From Vermamoeba vermiformis (Eukaryota): 64,000 nucleotides of DNA. The DNA lies in NCBI GenBank assembly GCA_045837725.1, contig JBEWZL010000266.1, forward strand, positions 62,001 to 126,000, read 5' to 3'. Below the pieces are notes generated by a model. That model did no database searches. It was not told where the DNA came from and was given only the letters and a program-made list of their open reading frames with translations. This document shows, one piece after another, positions 10,710 through 23,130 of this stretch. Every line of letters starts with the position of its first letter. The first letter of the stretch is position 1. The position numbers and the translations under genes were made by a program.

Positions 10710-13700
10710 ATGACTTATTATTGCCCCAAATGCCCCTATACGTGCGATCGCTATGATCGCTTAGCTACTCATTACGGAACAATTCACATCTTAGCGGTAC
10801 GTGTTACTTAACCAATTAAGAAAGTACTCACCATATTGTTGAAGGATGTTTCATCGGACAGTGATGATATAATGGAAGAGGACATTCTTCAAGCTGTCGC
10901 GGAAGACTTTCAAGCGCCAGCGGATGACCAACTACAAATAACTGAACCAAGTACGTACAGTTAGGAAAATACATATTTGGTTATTAATTCTCATTTTAGT
11001 TATTGCAACGCTTGATGAAAGACAAAAAATCACTTTTGAATTAATGACCCTACATCGACTATGGCGAGTTCCTCGTTGGCAGTTGATCCAGATCCTTGAG
11101 TTAGCCCAAAAGGCTGCCGCTAAGGATGAAATGATCAGATACGCTGACATCAGAGCGTTCGAAAATTCATTCAAGAGCAATGGCTACTGTCTGACTCCCC
11201 ACCCGTGGTATATCGATACAAATTTCGCCGGTCGCGCTCAACGAATCAAAATTGGATTCATAACGTAAGTCTCACAAACTAATTGAGAATAGCACCTCAT
11301 TTTGTAATATTTAGAATCAAAGACCACATTCGCCGCTGCTTTAGCATTCCTGAATACAGTCGAAAGCTTCAAACATGGCAGGCTTCTCGCGCGGTGAATG
11401 TTAACAGCATGCACGATCTTCACGACCTTCCACGCTTTACCGAAAACCCAATAATGCAACAAGACGCTCGAAATTTGCTTCTGCTGTTTTATGTCGACAA
11501 AGTGTGCAGAAATCGACAAGTGAACTTGACGTGGAAGAACGTGTGGGTACTTCGTTGCATTCCAGTATCTCTTGGTAAAGCTTATCGAGCTGACATGGCG
11601 AACTGGTGGGATTTGGCATTCATTCCGGGTTTTTTGCTGAAGGAAAAAGGTAAAAAGTTCCGCCGCTAGTCCACACTTATTAATTTTTTACTTAGGAGTC
11701 AATTTCTTTATGGAGCGCTTCGTCGACGAACTAAAAGACCTTCGCGTGAATGGAATTCAAGTTGTTGACGCCTTCAAGTCGGAGCAATTTCTATGCAAAG
11801 CGGATTATTTTGGAATTATCGGAGATTTACCAGCAATTTCAAACATAACGTGCTTCAAGGTATTCAAATATATGCCAGTATTGTTTCATAATAACACATA
11901 CCGCAGGAGGGTGGTTATTCAAAGCTAAAACGATGGTGCATGCACTGTTTTGGTGACCGATCGGATGTGTTTGCTACACCACCAAGAACTAACACTCGAG
12001 ACAACGCTGCATTTATTCAAATCGCCAACAATCGACTCCCAAACTATGCATCTTCGTTCCTGAGCACTTTTTTTGGTATAAACGGTACGTGAGATCTTGC
12101 ACACGAAATTCTCTGCTTACCATCTTTCAGATTGCTCCGTATTTTGGAATCTTCCCTCCTTTGATACATCAACAATCTTTTTTGATTTCTTTCACACATG
12201 TTTGGAAGGCGAATTGAAGAAGCTAACGCAGCAGATCTTCATGCACGACACCCGTGAGGTCAAATACGCGTTATTTACAAAACAGGACCTTGCAGAAATT
12301 AACATGATCGTCGCAAATATCCCCATGCGAAGCGATGATGAGAGATTAGTTAATTTTGTTGATAGACATCCGTATTTCAGGTATGAAAAAAAGTTTGACG
12401 TAAAATTCTCCGTTCAAATAATATTACTTTTACCCTCAACGAAAATTCAATTATATTTTTAAAGTTTATTAATCATTCTGCTCCGCTTTTCCTAATTCGC
12501 TGTCAATATTGTGCACGATCGAATCTGCCTTCAAGATCTAACGATTCTTTGACCAGTGGGCATCAGATGTTCCTTTGGTTACGATTAGCAATACCTGTTC
12601 TTGCAGTGTTTCTACCAAAAACTCCGTGCAATTGTCGAATTGGCATTCGAAAACAAATCCCGGTCGATCTGCAACAGTATTTCGGTTTGGAGGCAACTCA
12701 CACCTATTTCGATCACTACGTTGGTATTAGAGAATATTGTTTATTCTATTTACGGGCAACTTCGCACTCCCCACTCAGTGTAAGTAAAAAATCGTTTGCG
12801 CGATCAGATCTGACATATTCTAGCTCGGTAACCTCAATGATGTAAAGCAAAATCTCGAAAACATAACTAGGCTTCACATACTTTTATATGGTGACTCGTT
12901 CATCACCTCTAAAACCCACGTGGAAGGTACGGAATAATTTACCGTGAATTTTTTCGTTTCTAATACTTATAATTACGCAGTTGCGCATGTAGTTGATCAG
13001 TTCCGTAACCAAGGAAAGCCTGGTTGGCTTCATTGCTTCACACCTGAGCGAGACAACCGCAGCATTTAGACAATCAATACGAATTCGACGGACGTATTTT
13101 ATCACTTGCTTCAGATATCAGGTAAAACCAATATTTGCCTTTATTCCTTTATTTACATTAAACAGAACTACGAAAAGCATCACAGTTGTGCCAAGCTTCA
13201 TCGGAAGACGAAAAAATTCAGGCCACCGGTAAAATTAACCTCCTTACCTTCGACAATCACATGTTCCATTTGTTTGAAAAGTATTACGCATGGTTCGATC
13301 TTGATTTTCCGGAAAATTTCGATTTCATAGCCACCAGCTATGAAGGTATTCAACTGCGCCACTTTGATCTGAAGCGCAATTATTATTTCCAATTTATTAG
13401 ACGGAATACATCTTACATTGCCCGTACTCAATACGTCATACTTTATCATGGTCGATATTGGATCTATGCGGTAAGTTGTTATTTTTTTTACGAACAAAAA
13501 TACTAATCGATAATTAGCTTCAATACAAAAACTTGGGGCACAAAGATCCCGTAACGCACTTGCCGTTATTGCAAGTTGACATGCCAATTGTTGTCCCTTC
13601 CGATGCCGTTTCCCAACAAGTGGTCGTCGTTCCGTCGGATCTGCGCTTTCATTTTCTGAACAATCACACTATGGCGGACGCTGAACTACGGCAAAATTAT

Positions 13701-13727
13701 TTTTTACTTTGTACGGAATTTGAATAA
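10710..13727 (+). pseudogene. CMC/EnSpm-type DDE transposase, 12 exons, one in-frame TAG at 13067-13069
   Basis: N-terminal C2H2 finger (YCPKCPYTCDRYDRLATHYGTIH); motifs LLFYVD, GIIGDLPA...WCMHC, FDFFHTCLEG, TSKTH..AHVVDQFRNQG....HCFTPERDN typical of CACTA-like transposases; 11 GT-AG introns in consistent phases. Confidence 0.85.
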
Positions 13728-13740
13728 CACATCATGTACT

Positions 13741-13808
13741 AAAATAAACACTGGTTTTTTATTACGAACATTGTTTTTTTTAAAAAACATTGTGTTTTAA
13801 CCACAGTG
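13741..13808 (-). repeat. Right terminal inverted repeat and subterminal repeats
   Basis: 13792-13808 is the reverse complement of the left end except for a 1-nt indel; preceded by aaacactggttt, aacattgtttt, aaacattgtgtttt. Confidence 0.85.
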
Positions 13809-14933
13809 ATCTTCATCCGTGTAGATGTCACGTTCTGCGAAGAGATCCATCGCCTTAATGATAGCATTTCTCGCGCGAGCTTTTTCTTTTTTCGACGAAA
13901 TTCCTGCAATGATTTTGTCTTTGAGCTGAATGACCGGCGCCATATTATTTGGAGATAATAAATTGATCAAGGCCGTCATATTGTATGGCATGTTCGCATC
14001 TTGATTTAACAGTAAGTAGACGACAGGATAATTTCCATATTTGTCTTTTTCATGAATTAATTCTTCGCCGAGTGTTTCTATCACCAGCCTAACAAGGAAG
14101 TTTAAACAGTGGAATAAAAGCTTAGAATAAATGATTACCTTATTGCACCAAGAGAGGAATTAATGCATAATAAATGAAGAATATTTCTGCTCTCTGAATC
14201 ACGCCAGGCAAGTGTTTTGGCCGCGATCGGAGCCACATCCAGAAGTGCAAATACGTAATTGTAGCGTAATTTAGCCTTCCATTTGCTTATCAATACATTA
14301 ATAAGAACAGTGGCACCTATATAGTGTTAGAACGGTATATACACCTAACTATTAACTTACCAACGGTAAAGACCTGTTCATCTGACATTTCTGGCGAGAC
14401 ATTGATTCTGATTCGATATTTATGCAAAATATGATCTAAGTAGCTTTTCATAGGCTTGGAACATAATATGTTGAAGGCTTCGTCTCTTGAAGTGGACATT
14501 TTACTTAAAAAAATCGGTATTAATTTGAGAAAATCCTGCGAATTTAATTAATTGAATTGTATGCACTACGTATACTTACAAGTAATTAAAATTAATTTTA
14601 TCAGGGTTCTACGTTTTTTTTAAATTTGGATCCAAGAAATTTAATTGACAAAGGCTTCCTACCGTTGCGGTAGGTACTTAAGAAGCTCGAGCTCGTAAAA
14701 GAATCGTTGTTATATCGAATTTGGCGATAATAGGAATGCAGTTGTGTTGCTTACTACAATGGAAACGTTCAGTTGAAAAAAGTCAATTAATTTACAAATT
14801 AGTTGACTTTTCTCTCCCGGTACTAATAAAATAATTCTAATAAGATTATGTCAGTACTTAAGTCAGTAAATATATGGGTATTTAACGCCGGCATGTACTA
14901 TTTTACAAGATTTACTTTACTATTACAATTACT

Positions 14934-16569
14934 TTATACAACGCTCAGACTGCTCTTCGCTTCACTAGCAACAGCGAGTTTCTTCAGCTCTTTCAGCGAG
15001 GGACAATAGTAATAATTCGTCGTCAACGGCGTGCTGTACGTGAATATGCGATCAGGCAGGCCGTCCAATGCTCCGACCATTCGTTGTAGCGCTGTATCGA
15101 ATTCCGATAGCAACCCGCTGAATGCGATAAAGAATAGACCTATATGGTGACGAGTCATAGTTAGTTAGTTCTTTTCTCAGCTTTACAACAAGCATTGATC
15201 CGTTGAAATAAAATTAATAAAACGTACCGCACTCGGATAAAGTTCCAAAGGGCATCGCTTGTCTGTACATTAGCCCATAGCCCTATAATGATATAAGTCA
15301 ATAGTTTTACGCAATTATTTAAGATAGTATTCGCGGTAGATGAAGTTACAAATACCGATCCAGATCTGGACAGCAAAAGAAAAAGGAGGCCTATAGTTTT
15401 GACGTATAATAATAGCACATACCCTATTCAAGTGATATTGCTTCGCGTGATCGGTGAGTTCATTCGGCCACACTGCAATAGCGTCCTTCAAGTGCGGATT
15501 CGAATTTCCAAACATGCCTTGATTAATGCGCGTGTAGTCTCGACCGACGAGATGGCTCTTTTGTTCATCATTTAGTCCATCGAACTAATAGTCATATTGT
15601 TAGTAATCATAAAGACCTAACTGGAATGCGGATGTACTTTGTCAAGGTCATGTAAGAACTTTGAAGTGAATACAAAGCTGCCGCCAATCCAATCAGCATT
15701 CTCCACGTCGAAATCTACATTAATTACGGCGGAATCGATGATTGCTCGCTTTGAAGGGGCATTTCGAGAGCCGTCCATGAAACCTGACAGATCTCGACCG
15801 TCCAAGTACTTTAAACCTCGTTAGACGACAATAATAGGACATATTAATGACATTACCTTCCATCCTATTGTTTGCTCTAATTTAAGCACATTTTGATGCT
15901 TTTCATTCAACGCCTTTACAAATTTTCTTGCCACTTCAAAAGTCAGATCCATTCTAGGCGCTATGAAACGCATAGAATCAATTCAATATTCATAAATAAT
16001 AGGAAAATATCACAAAGTTGATAATAACGGACTTTCAGCCGAAGTTACTCCGGATTAGCAGTTATAAAGCACTTACATTTAACGTAGAGGAATAAGTCAC
16101 CGCCAGTTTTAGGAAAAATATATTTTTTGCCGTCAGGAGTTGTATATGATATTTCTTCATAGCTCTTTAGTTGCGCTGGAAACGGTCCAGGACAAATCTG
16201 CTTCCAAAGCGCTGGCTCAACGCCAATAACGGCTTCAATTACTGCAATATTTCCATCGCGCTTATTTGTACGCGCTACTTCTTTGGCTAATTCTTGTACT
16301 CGAGTAATGTGTCGCGTGATCTCGTTTTTATCGAAATCATTTTTTAAAAATACTACAGCAGATTAATAATAAGTATCTATAGATAAATGGAATATCTAAT
16401 GCAATAATAATATAAATTAAATTATCGGAACTGGTTGGCATGAAATGCAAATTCGGATCTATCGAACTTATTTTCTGAACTTACTTGTTGTATACGAGGC
16501 GTACTCATAACATTGAGATATGACGCCTGATTGAATGTCGGTCTCGTTTGCGAGCAGATCTGCTTCCAT
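14934..16569 (-). CDS. Dye-decolorizing (DyP-type) heme peroxidase, YfeX/class B-like, multi-exon
   Basis: IQSGVI start, FPKTGGDLFLYVK, YLDGRDLSGFMDGSRN (GxxDG), GGSFVFTSKFLHDL, YHLNR (proximal His candidate), GLFFIAFS...RMVGALDGLPDRIFTYSTPLTTNYYYCPS. Confidence 0.92.
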
Positions 16570-16825
16570 TTGATTGTGTTGTTTAGAATTTCGAAATTCA
16601 AATCAAATTGCTAAGTGACAACCGTTCGAAATTCACCAACGTAAAAGAAGAATTCGAGTATAATACTACTATGTTTCAATTAAGCAAATGAGTGTTTAAA
16701 TCCATCGGATTTGAACTGTGTTACTGACACGAGATTGACACATAAATTGGTTTCAAAAAGATTACGTTAGAGATTCTGATTTCGTAATTCAATTGGAACA
16801 ATAACAACACATTGTATTCAGCGAG

Positions 16826-19667
16826 ATGGAGCGAATACTAGCGGTGTTATTGCTTGCCTTATTGGCTGGATTTGCTCAGATTTCGCCGAGCCCTACTGGA
16901 GCGCCTTGCACCGCTGGACTTGGCTCAAGCGGGAATGTGTACGATTTTTCTACATATTTAAAATGCTGTAGTGAATTGGCCCAGCCCACGATAACTACGG
17001 CAGCGGATTGCGAAACGTATTGCACAAGCCAAAATCAACCATGGATCTATGGCTATTTTCGAAATGCCACTTATGACACTTGCGTTTGCCTCCTTAATTG
17101 TGTTGACGGTAAGTGATTTTTAAAATAATTTGCCTCATACGTAATGAAATTGAATTTTTACTTGTTTTCCTTTTTAAAACGCTTTCATTCCGTTTGAATA
17201 ATAAGATAGTATTTTTATCATTAATATTGATTTTATTTTGCTGATTTAGTGCCAAGCGACGTGAGTCAGGGAGATTATCGGCAATTGGTTGAAACTTCTC
17301 AGACCCCAAACACAAGTAAGTTATATAACGAACTATCATTAATTAAATCATGTACGGTTATCTCATTGAAATTTTACTAGCTGTTACGGATCTGATTTCA
17401 AGTGCACCGGATTTCGAAATCGATGTTAATTCAACTCAAGTAACTTTATCGCCGAACCAAACAGCTGAATTTCAAACAAACATTAATATCGAAGGCAAGT
17501 CATTTTAAAGTTTAAATCGATTCGAAAGCTTTTTTTTTTTGTGACACTTTCCTTTTTAGGCAATATGATTCATTTTATCGCGATGCCTTCCGTTAGTGGC
17601 CTATCAGCTGGTTCAATAATAGGCTTCACTGTCCGTGATTTATATGATTTTAGAACTATCACGCCGACGGTAACATTCAGAAACAATTCATTTGAAATTT
17701 CATGTTTTTTGTACTACTACGATCCACCCGTGCAATATAAGCGTCAATTATCGCCATCAGATACATTCACTTATACGATGAAGAACCTCGGCGACAGAGT
17801 GTTAGTGGTGCTGAGTGCTGGCGGTCAAGCAGTTGTCTCGTGGTACTACGAGCCCATCGCATCCAACACCGACAACACGATCTCGACTCTCGCCAATAGT
17901 TTCACGTTTGACCTGGCCTTCGAACAGTCCACCAGTCTGGCGTATCAATCTTGCACTGACAACTTGTGCTACGACTCGACGCTGTATGTCTGTCAGAACG
18001 GCACCAACACTGAAACGTGAGTAGCAGCTCATTGCGTCATTCTTTGATTAAGATAGCGCTAATTCATTTCCAAATTAGGAAATTCTGTTACATGGGATGT
18101 GATAGTGATGGACTTGACTGTGTTCAATGCAATTCTGACACGTGTCAAGGCACGTGTGCTGTCAATTCAACCACACCTCAGTGTGTTTGTTCGGGCACTA
18201 ATATCGGCGCTGGATGTCAAAGTACGCAGTTTTCAAGCATTTCTTTACATCGGATTTTGAATCTAACGTTTATTTGCAGCTGATTTGGCCACATCAACAT
18301 TCTATCTTTCAGGCTCGTACGATTACAACAACCAGCGATATGTCACTGTATCATTTGACATCTCCAATTGCGTTGTCGGCGAGGTACGTACAGTGATCTT
18401 GTTGCGGGCCCGTATTAATTTTGAAATGTCAGAACTGCGCTACAGTATCGTACCTCTACATTGGAACTACGAACAGTTCTTTAGGCAGTTGTTGCACAAC
18501 TCAATTAAACTTCGCGGCGCTTGACGCATCACCTCAGAGCGGCACGATATTGACTTTTAACCGAGAAGGTGATTGGACTTGTTTCAACGGCGATGAACTG
18601 ACACTTGACCCGTCGCTGTTGGATTCGTACTTCGAACTGTCATTCTCTATGACAGATTCAGTGTCCTGGTACTGGAATGACATGACTCTCGAGAGCTCCA
18701 CTCAATCTCTCTACACCTGCAGTACGTAGATCGTACATTATCATCTTGGCTTACTAACAGTCTTCTATCATAGACAGTGACATCACCAACCTCAGTCAAC
18801 CAGAAAAAGTCATTACTACTCTGATACTTGAAGTAGGACTACCTTTCTTATGCGCTAGCTGTGTTGCAGTGGCTATAGGTTTCTTGGTCGGAATGAGAAC
18901 CGCGCCTAACGGTGAGTGACACGTGTCAAAGTGTCAAAACTATTGCTAAGCTTGGTACAATAGGAATGACTATCAAGAGAAAAGAACCGCTTGATAAGGG
19001 TTGTGTGCCTAGAAACAACGATACAATGGCTCAAAGTATCATTGCCATCATTGTACTCGACGTCAGCCTCGTCACTTCATTCAACATCATTGGCCTCATC
19101 TTCCCAGTATCGAGTAAGCATATCTAATACTCATACCAACATTCTGACTTTACTCTAGTGGCGGTGCTGGCCAGTGGCGTCATTCTGATCATTATGACCT
19201 ATCAGATCGATCAAGTTGGTGCGCGTGTTGGTCGCAAACCAAGCACCGTGCACAAACTTCAAACAGTCCAACGAGTCTTTGGTAGAATATCAGGTGATGC
19301 CTTTCGCTCTATTTTAGCGTCGATCCTCTAATGCGTTATTATAGGAGCCTTCTTGATACTGTTGGGAGCCGTGGTCTTCGTGGTCGGTCTCGCCTTCTTC
19401 GTCTACGGAAATTTGACAACCATCATTTATTACATCTCGCCTTTGATTGGTAAGCATTACTTATTCAACTAGGTCTTTCTAACGATATATCTAGGATGGT
19501 TCGTGCTCGCCATCTACTTGACATGGTCACTTGTCATTGTTCACTTTGTTGCGGCCATTTACGTGTCAGTGTGCTTCTTTTTCACTGCTGTGCGCACGGA
19601 CGAACAAGAATCAATTCGCGCGCATAATATTGAACTAGATGAACGTCCTGATAATATCGAGCTTTAA
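16826..19667 (+). CDS. Cys-rich/EGF-containing multi-pass membrane protein, paralog A
   Basis: Signal peptide, Cys-rich N-domain, NNSFEI..YDPPVQYKRQ motif, EGF-like CQGTC..CVC..GAGC, ~5-6 hydrophobic segments; exon structure shared with B and C. Confidence 0.8.
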
Positions 19668-20100
19668 AGAGCTTGACACGTGACACGTATGTAAATAGTA
19701 TTTTTACGCATTACCGAATAATTGCGATTTCGAAATTTAAATCTTTACCAGCGTGATATTGTCATAGTATCGTTCGTATATTTAAGTAATCGCTTGACCG
19801 TTTCACTTTTGGATTTAACGAGCCGAAATTAGCCATTTAGAAACTGAACCGTGCTGAGTACGAGAACACGATAATCGAATATTATTATAACACTTCTATT
19901 GATAAGAATAGATACAATGCATTTTCCAAAATAACGAAATCGCAACCATTGGCGAATTACGCGTCAAGTCCAATCAACGGAAGTGTGATCCAAAACAAAA
20001 AGCGAATTGAGAGCGATAAAAAGGACAGACTTTTCGAAGCAGTTTTATTATTTACTTCACAACGAAGACAATACACTCAACGGTTCTAAACTCCTGCACG

Positions 20101-23010
20101 ATGAACCGAATTCTTTTCGCAGCAATTTTGCTCATGGTTGCCAGCATCGGCTCTGCTCAAAATCCTCTAACGCCAACAGGAATGGTCTGTCCTTATGACG
20201 TCGCTAGTAGAGTCTACACTATGGCGGCCGATTCTACCCAAGCTGTATGCTGCTACGAAGAAGTTGATCCGGCTGCATCTGCTACGCCGACTGATTGCCA
20301 GACCGCTTGCGCCGGTTACAATTACGCATTGTATGGATACTTCAGAAACGTTACATATGATTCTTGCGTATGTCTCAACTGTGGGGGTAAGTCGTTGTTT
20401 TGCAATTCATCCGCGTACTGGACGCTGTCTCCGGTTAAACTCATATAACAGCTCTAAATGATTCTTTTTCTCCTTAAACGTTGTAAAGATATAAGAACTG
20501 ACGGTAAAGTTATAATAGGGAGTGTCGACTTTACGTCCAATTTGAAATCAAATCTAAACTATGACAACGGCAAGACGCCAACAACTGGTATGAATCTGTG
20601 CTATTATCACTCTTCAAGATTCTAATTCAATTATTGAATGATAGATGTGCTAGATCTGGCGGCTAGTACTACTTTCGATGTCGAAGCGGATTTGAACACT
20701 GACAATTCGACTCAATTGACCATATCGCCCAATCAAACAGCTGTTATTCGCACGTCTACTTCGGTTAATGGTACGCGGACAAATGCCGCAAATGCAATTC
20801 TTTTTTTTGTGATTTGCTTTTCACTGAAAAATCTCGTGCAGACAGAATGACACCAAACTTTAACTAATTTTTCCTTTTTAGGCAATAGCATTTCGTTCAT
20901 CGCTATCCCTTCTGTCACTGGCTTACCTGCCTATTCTACCTTTGGTTTTGTCGTACGAAATCTGACGGATTATGGTACCTCGACCGAATCCGCAATGTTT
21001 CGCAACAATTCTTTTGAAATTTCAAATCTTGCAATGGTTTACAATCCCGTTGTGCAATACAAGCGCCAAGTATCTCCCTCGGACCTATATACTTACACCA
21101 TGAAGAATCTCGGCAGCAGATTGTTCGTTGTGCTGAGCTCGGGCAACAGTCCACTCACATCTTGGTACTACGAGCCTGTAGCTTCATATGTAGACAACAG
21201 TATCGCGGCCCTGGCTGAGGACTTTACTTTCAACCTCGAGCTCGAGTCTTCTGCGACCATGAAGTATTCGAGCTGCGACAGCAGCAAATGCAACAACAAC
21301 ACGTTGGAAGTGTGTCAGAATCAGAGCCTCGTTGCACGGTAAGTTCATATTAGGATGAATGAATATATGTACTTACGTTATTGTATTCAAGAAAATACTG
21401 TCCTCTTGGCTGCGATTTGTCGGCCAATGACTGCATCCAGTGCAATTCGACCAATTGTCAAGGCACGTGCGCCGCTGATTCAACGTGTGTTTGTTCCGAC
21501 ACGCAACTCGGCAACTCCTGTGAAGGTAAGGTTTAATTATCATCGTTTCATGCAAGTATTCATCTAACTTAATATTGCGCAGTCGATATTTCCACGTCCA
21601 CTTACGCCGTGACCGGTGGAGGCTCGCGTCAAGGAGACTATGCCGTTCCCGCTCGATTTGACATCACTGAGTGCAATGTGGGCGAGGTATGGCACTTTGC
21701 AACTGATTGGAGTTCGGATTCTAAAGCTGAGTTTGTAGGTCTGCGGTCAAGTGTCGTACATCATACCTGACTTCAACTTGATGATCATCACCGTGTCTGG
21801 CAGCTGTTGCACAGCGACACTTAGACTCACTGAAATTCAATACGTCTCCGCAAATACCCGTACTTTGCAGTTTGCGAAAGAATCCGATTGGACTTGCAAA
21901 CAAGGAGATTATTTGCAGCTGGACACTAACACTATGGACTCGACTTACGCTCTGACTATCCAAGCACAGAGCAGCTCTAGTCCTTACGGCCCTCCCAGTC
22001 AGTACAACAACTGGCGTTGGAATGATCAGCAATTAGCTCCAACTGAGTCGCCACTCCCCCAATGTGGTACGGAAGCTTGACTATGCACGTGCACTCTTAC
22101 ATACAATTGTTCGCAGGAAGTGCCGCCGAAGAACAGAGCGCCAACAAACAGATCGTAAACGCAGTGATGCCTGTCAGCGTGACATTCATGGTCGTGTGTT
22201 GTGTTGCTGTCGCTGGTGGTTTTGTCGGAGGATTCTTCAAGACACCAAGAGGCAAGTGTTCTGTTGACACGTGTCAAAGTAAAACATGATTAACTTTTAC
22301 TCGCGAAGGTTTGACCGTGAAGAAGAAGCACTTCAAAGGCTGCTTGCCGAAGAGTAATGCAGCCCTCTCGCGCAGTATCATAGCGATTGTGTGCGTGGAC
22401 GTTGGTGTCGTGACCACCATGAACCTCGTTGGAGCACTGAACCCCTTGTCAGGTACGCACTAACAAAGTATTCTAATCTTTACTAACGGTATGTCAGCGA
22501 TGGTCGTTGTCAGTGGCATCTTACTCGCTATCATGGTTTTTCAATATGAAGCTGTGGCATCGCGATTCAACAACAAAATGAGTCGTATGTACCACATGCA
22601 AAAAGTCGAACGCGTGTTCGGTCGTTTAGGCGGTAAGTTACTGTTCACATGATGATTATGTCTGACTCGTTGATGACAGCTGCGTTTCTGATTATCATCG
22701 GAGTTATGCTGATCTTGACCGAGGTCGTGAAGCTCTTGCCAGGATTTTTATCTATCATCTCCAGTTTATTCAACGGAATCATCGGTAAGTTACAGAGCCT
22801 AGATTCGTCCATAACAGCGTATTCAATGCATTCAAAGGTTATTTCTACCTTGCTCTCTTCATTACTTGGATATTTGTTGCCGTTCATTTCGCTGCGGCGA
22901 TCTACATCTCGGTCGTTTTTTACTACACTGCCGCACGTACCGATGAGCAGGAGTCTATTGAAGACCATGAAAAGGAGATGTCTGAAGTACAGAGTGAAGC
23001 TGAGCCGTAG
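20101..23010 (+). CDS. Cys-rich/EGF-containing multi-pass membrane protein, paralog B
   Basis: Same architecture and intron positions as A; YGYFRNVTYDSCVC, NNSFEI..YNPVVQYKRQ; stop TAG at 23008-23010. Confidence 0.8.
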
Positions 23011-23130
23011 AATTTGAGCCCAGGATTTTACATTTTCCTAATTTGGAAATGTAGGTACAAAATTATTTACAAAAACAAAAAATTGTAATGACTAATTTAT
23101 TTAAACCTTTATAATACCACAACGCTGTTC

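Larger units (their letters stand above)
8027..13808. mobile_element. CACTA/EnSpm (CMC superfamily) DNA transposon, full length 5782 bp, probably inactive
   Basis: Termini CACTGTGGTGTAAAACAC and GTGTTTTAACCACAGTG, AT on both flanks (8025-8026, 13809-13810), subterminal AAACA..TGTTT repeats, internal DDE transposase and a second gene; interrupts a host ORF. Confidence 0.92.
7648..14499 (-). pseudogene. Host ankyrin-repeat-like gene interrupted by the transposon (5' part 14499-13809, 3' part 8024-7648)
   Basis: Ankyrin-like motifs RDSESRNILHLLC and KDKYGNYPVVYLL. Removing the element and one AT copy gives an open frame ...DIYTDED-RKKVLALFRPRK...KFSP, then an intron and a last exon ending TAA at 7650-7648. 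Confidence 0.85.

Noticed and set aside
8515-13069. Alternative genetic code as the explanation for internal stops in the transposon genes
   Set aside because: Host genes end in TAA and TAG normally and long host exons contain no internal stops.
14658-14674. Perfect hairpin CCTACCG-TTG-CGGTAGG as a Helitron end or ncRNA
   Set aside because: No CTRR terminus at a suitable distance and no other supporting structure; a 7-bp stem can arise by chance.
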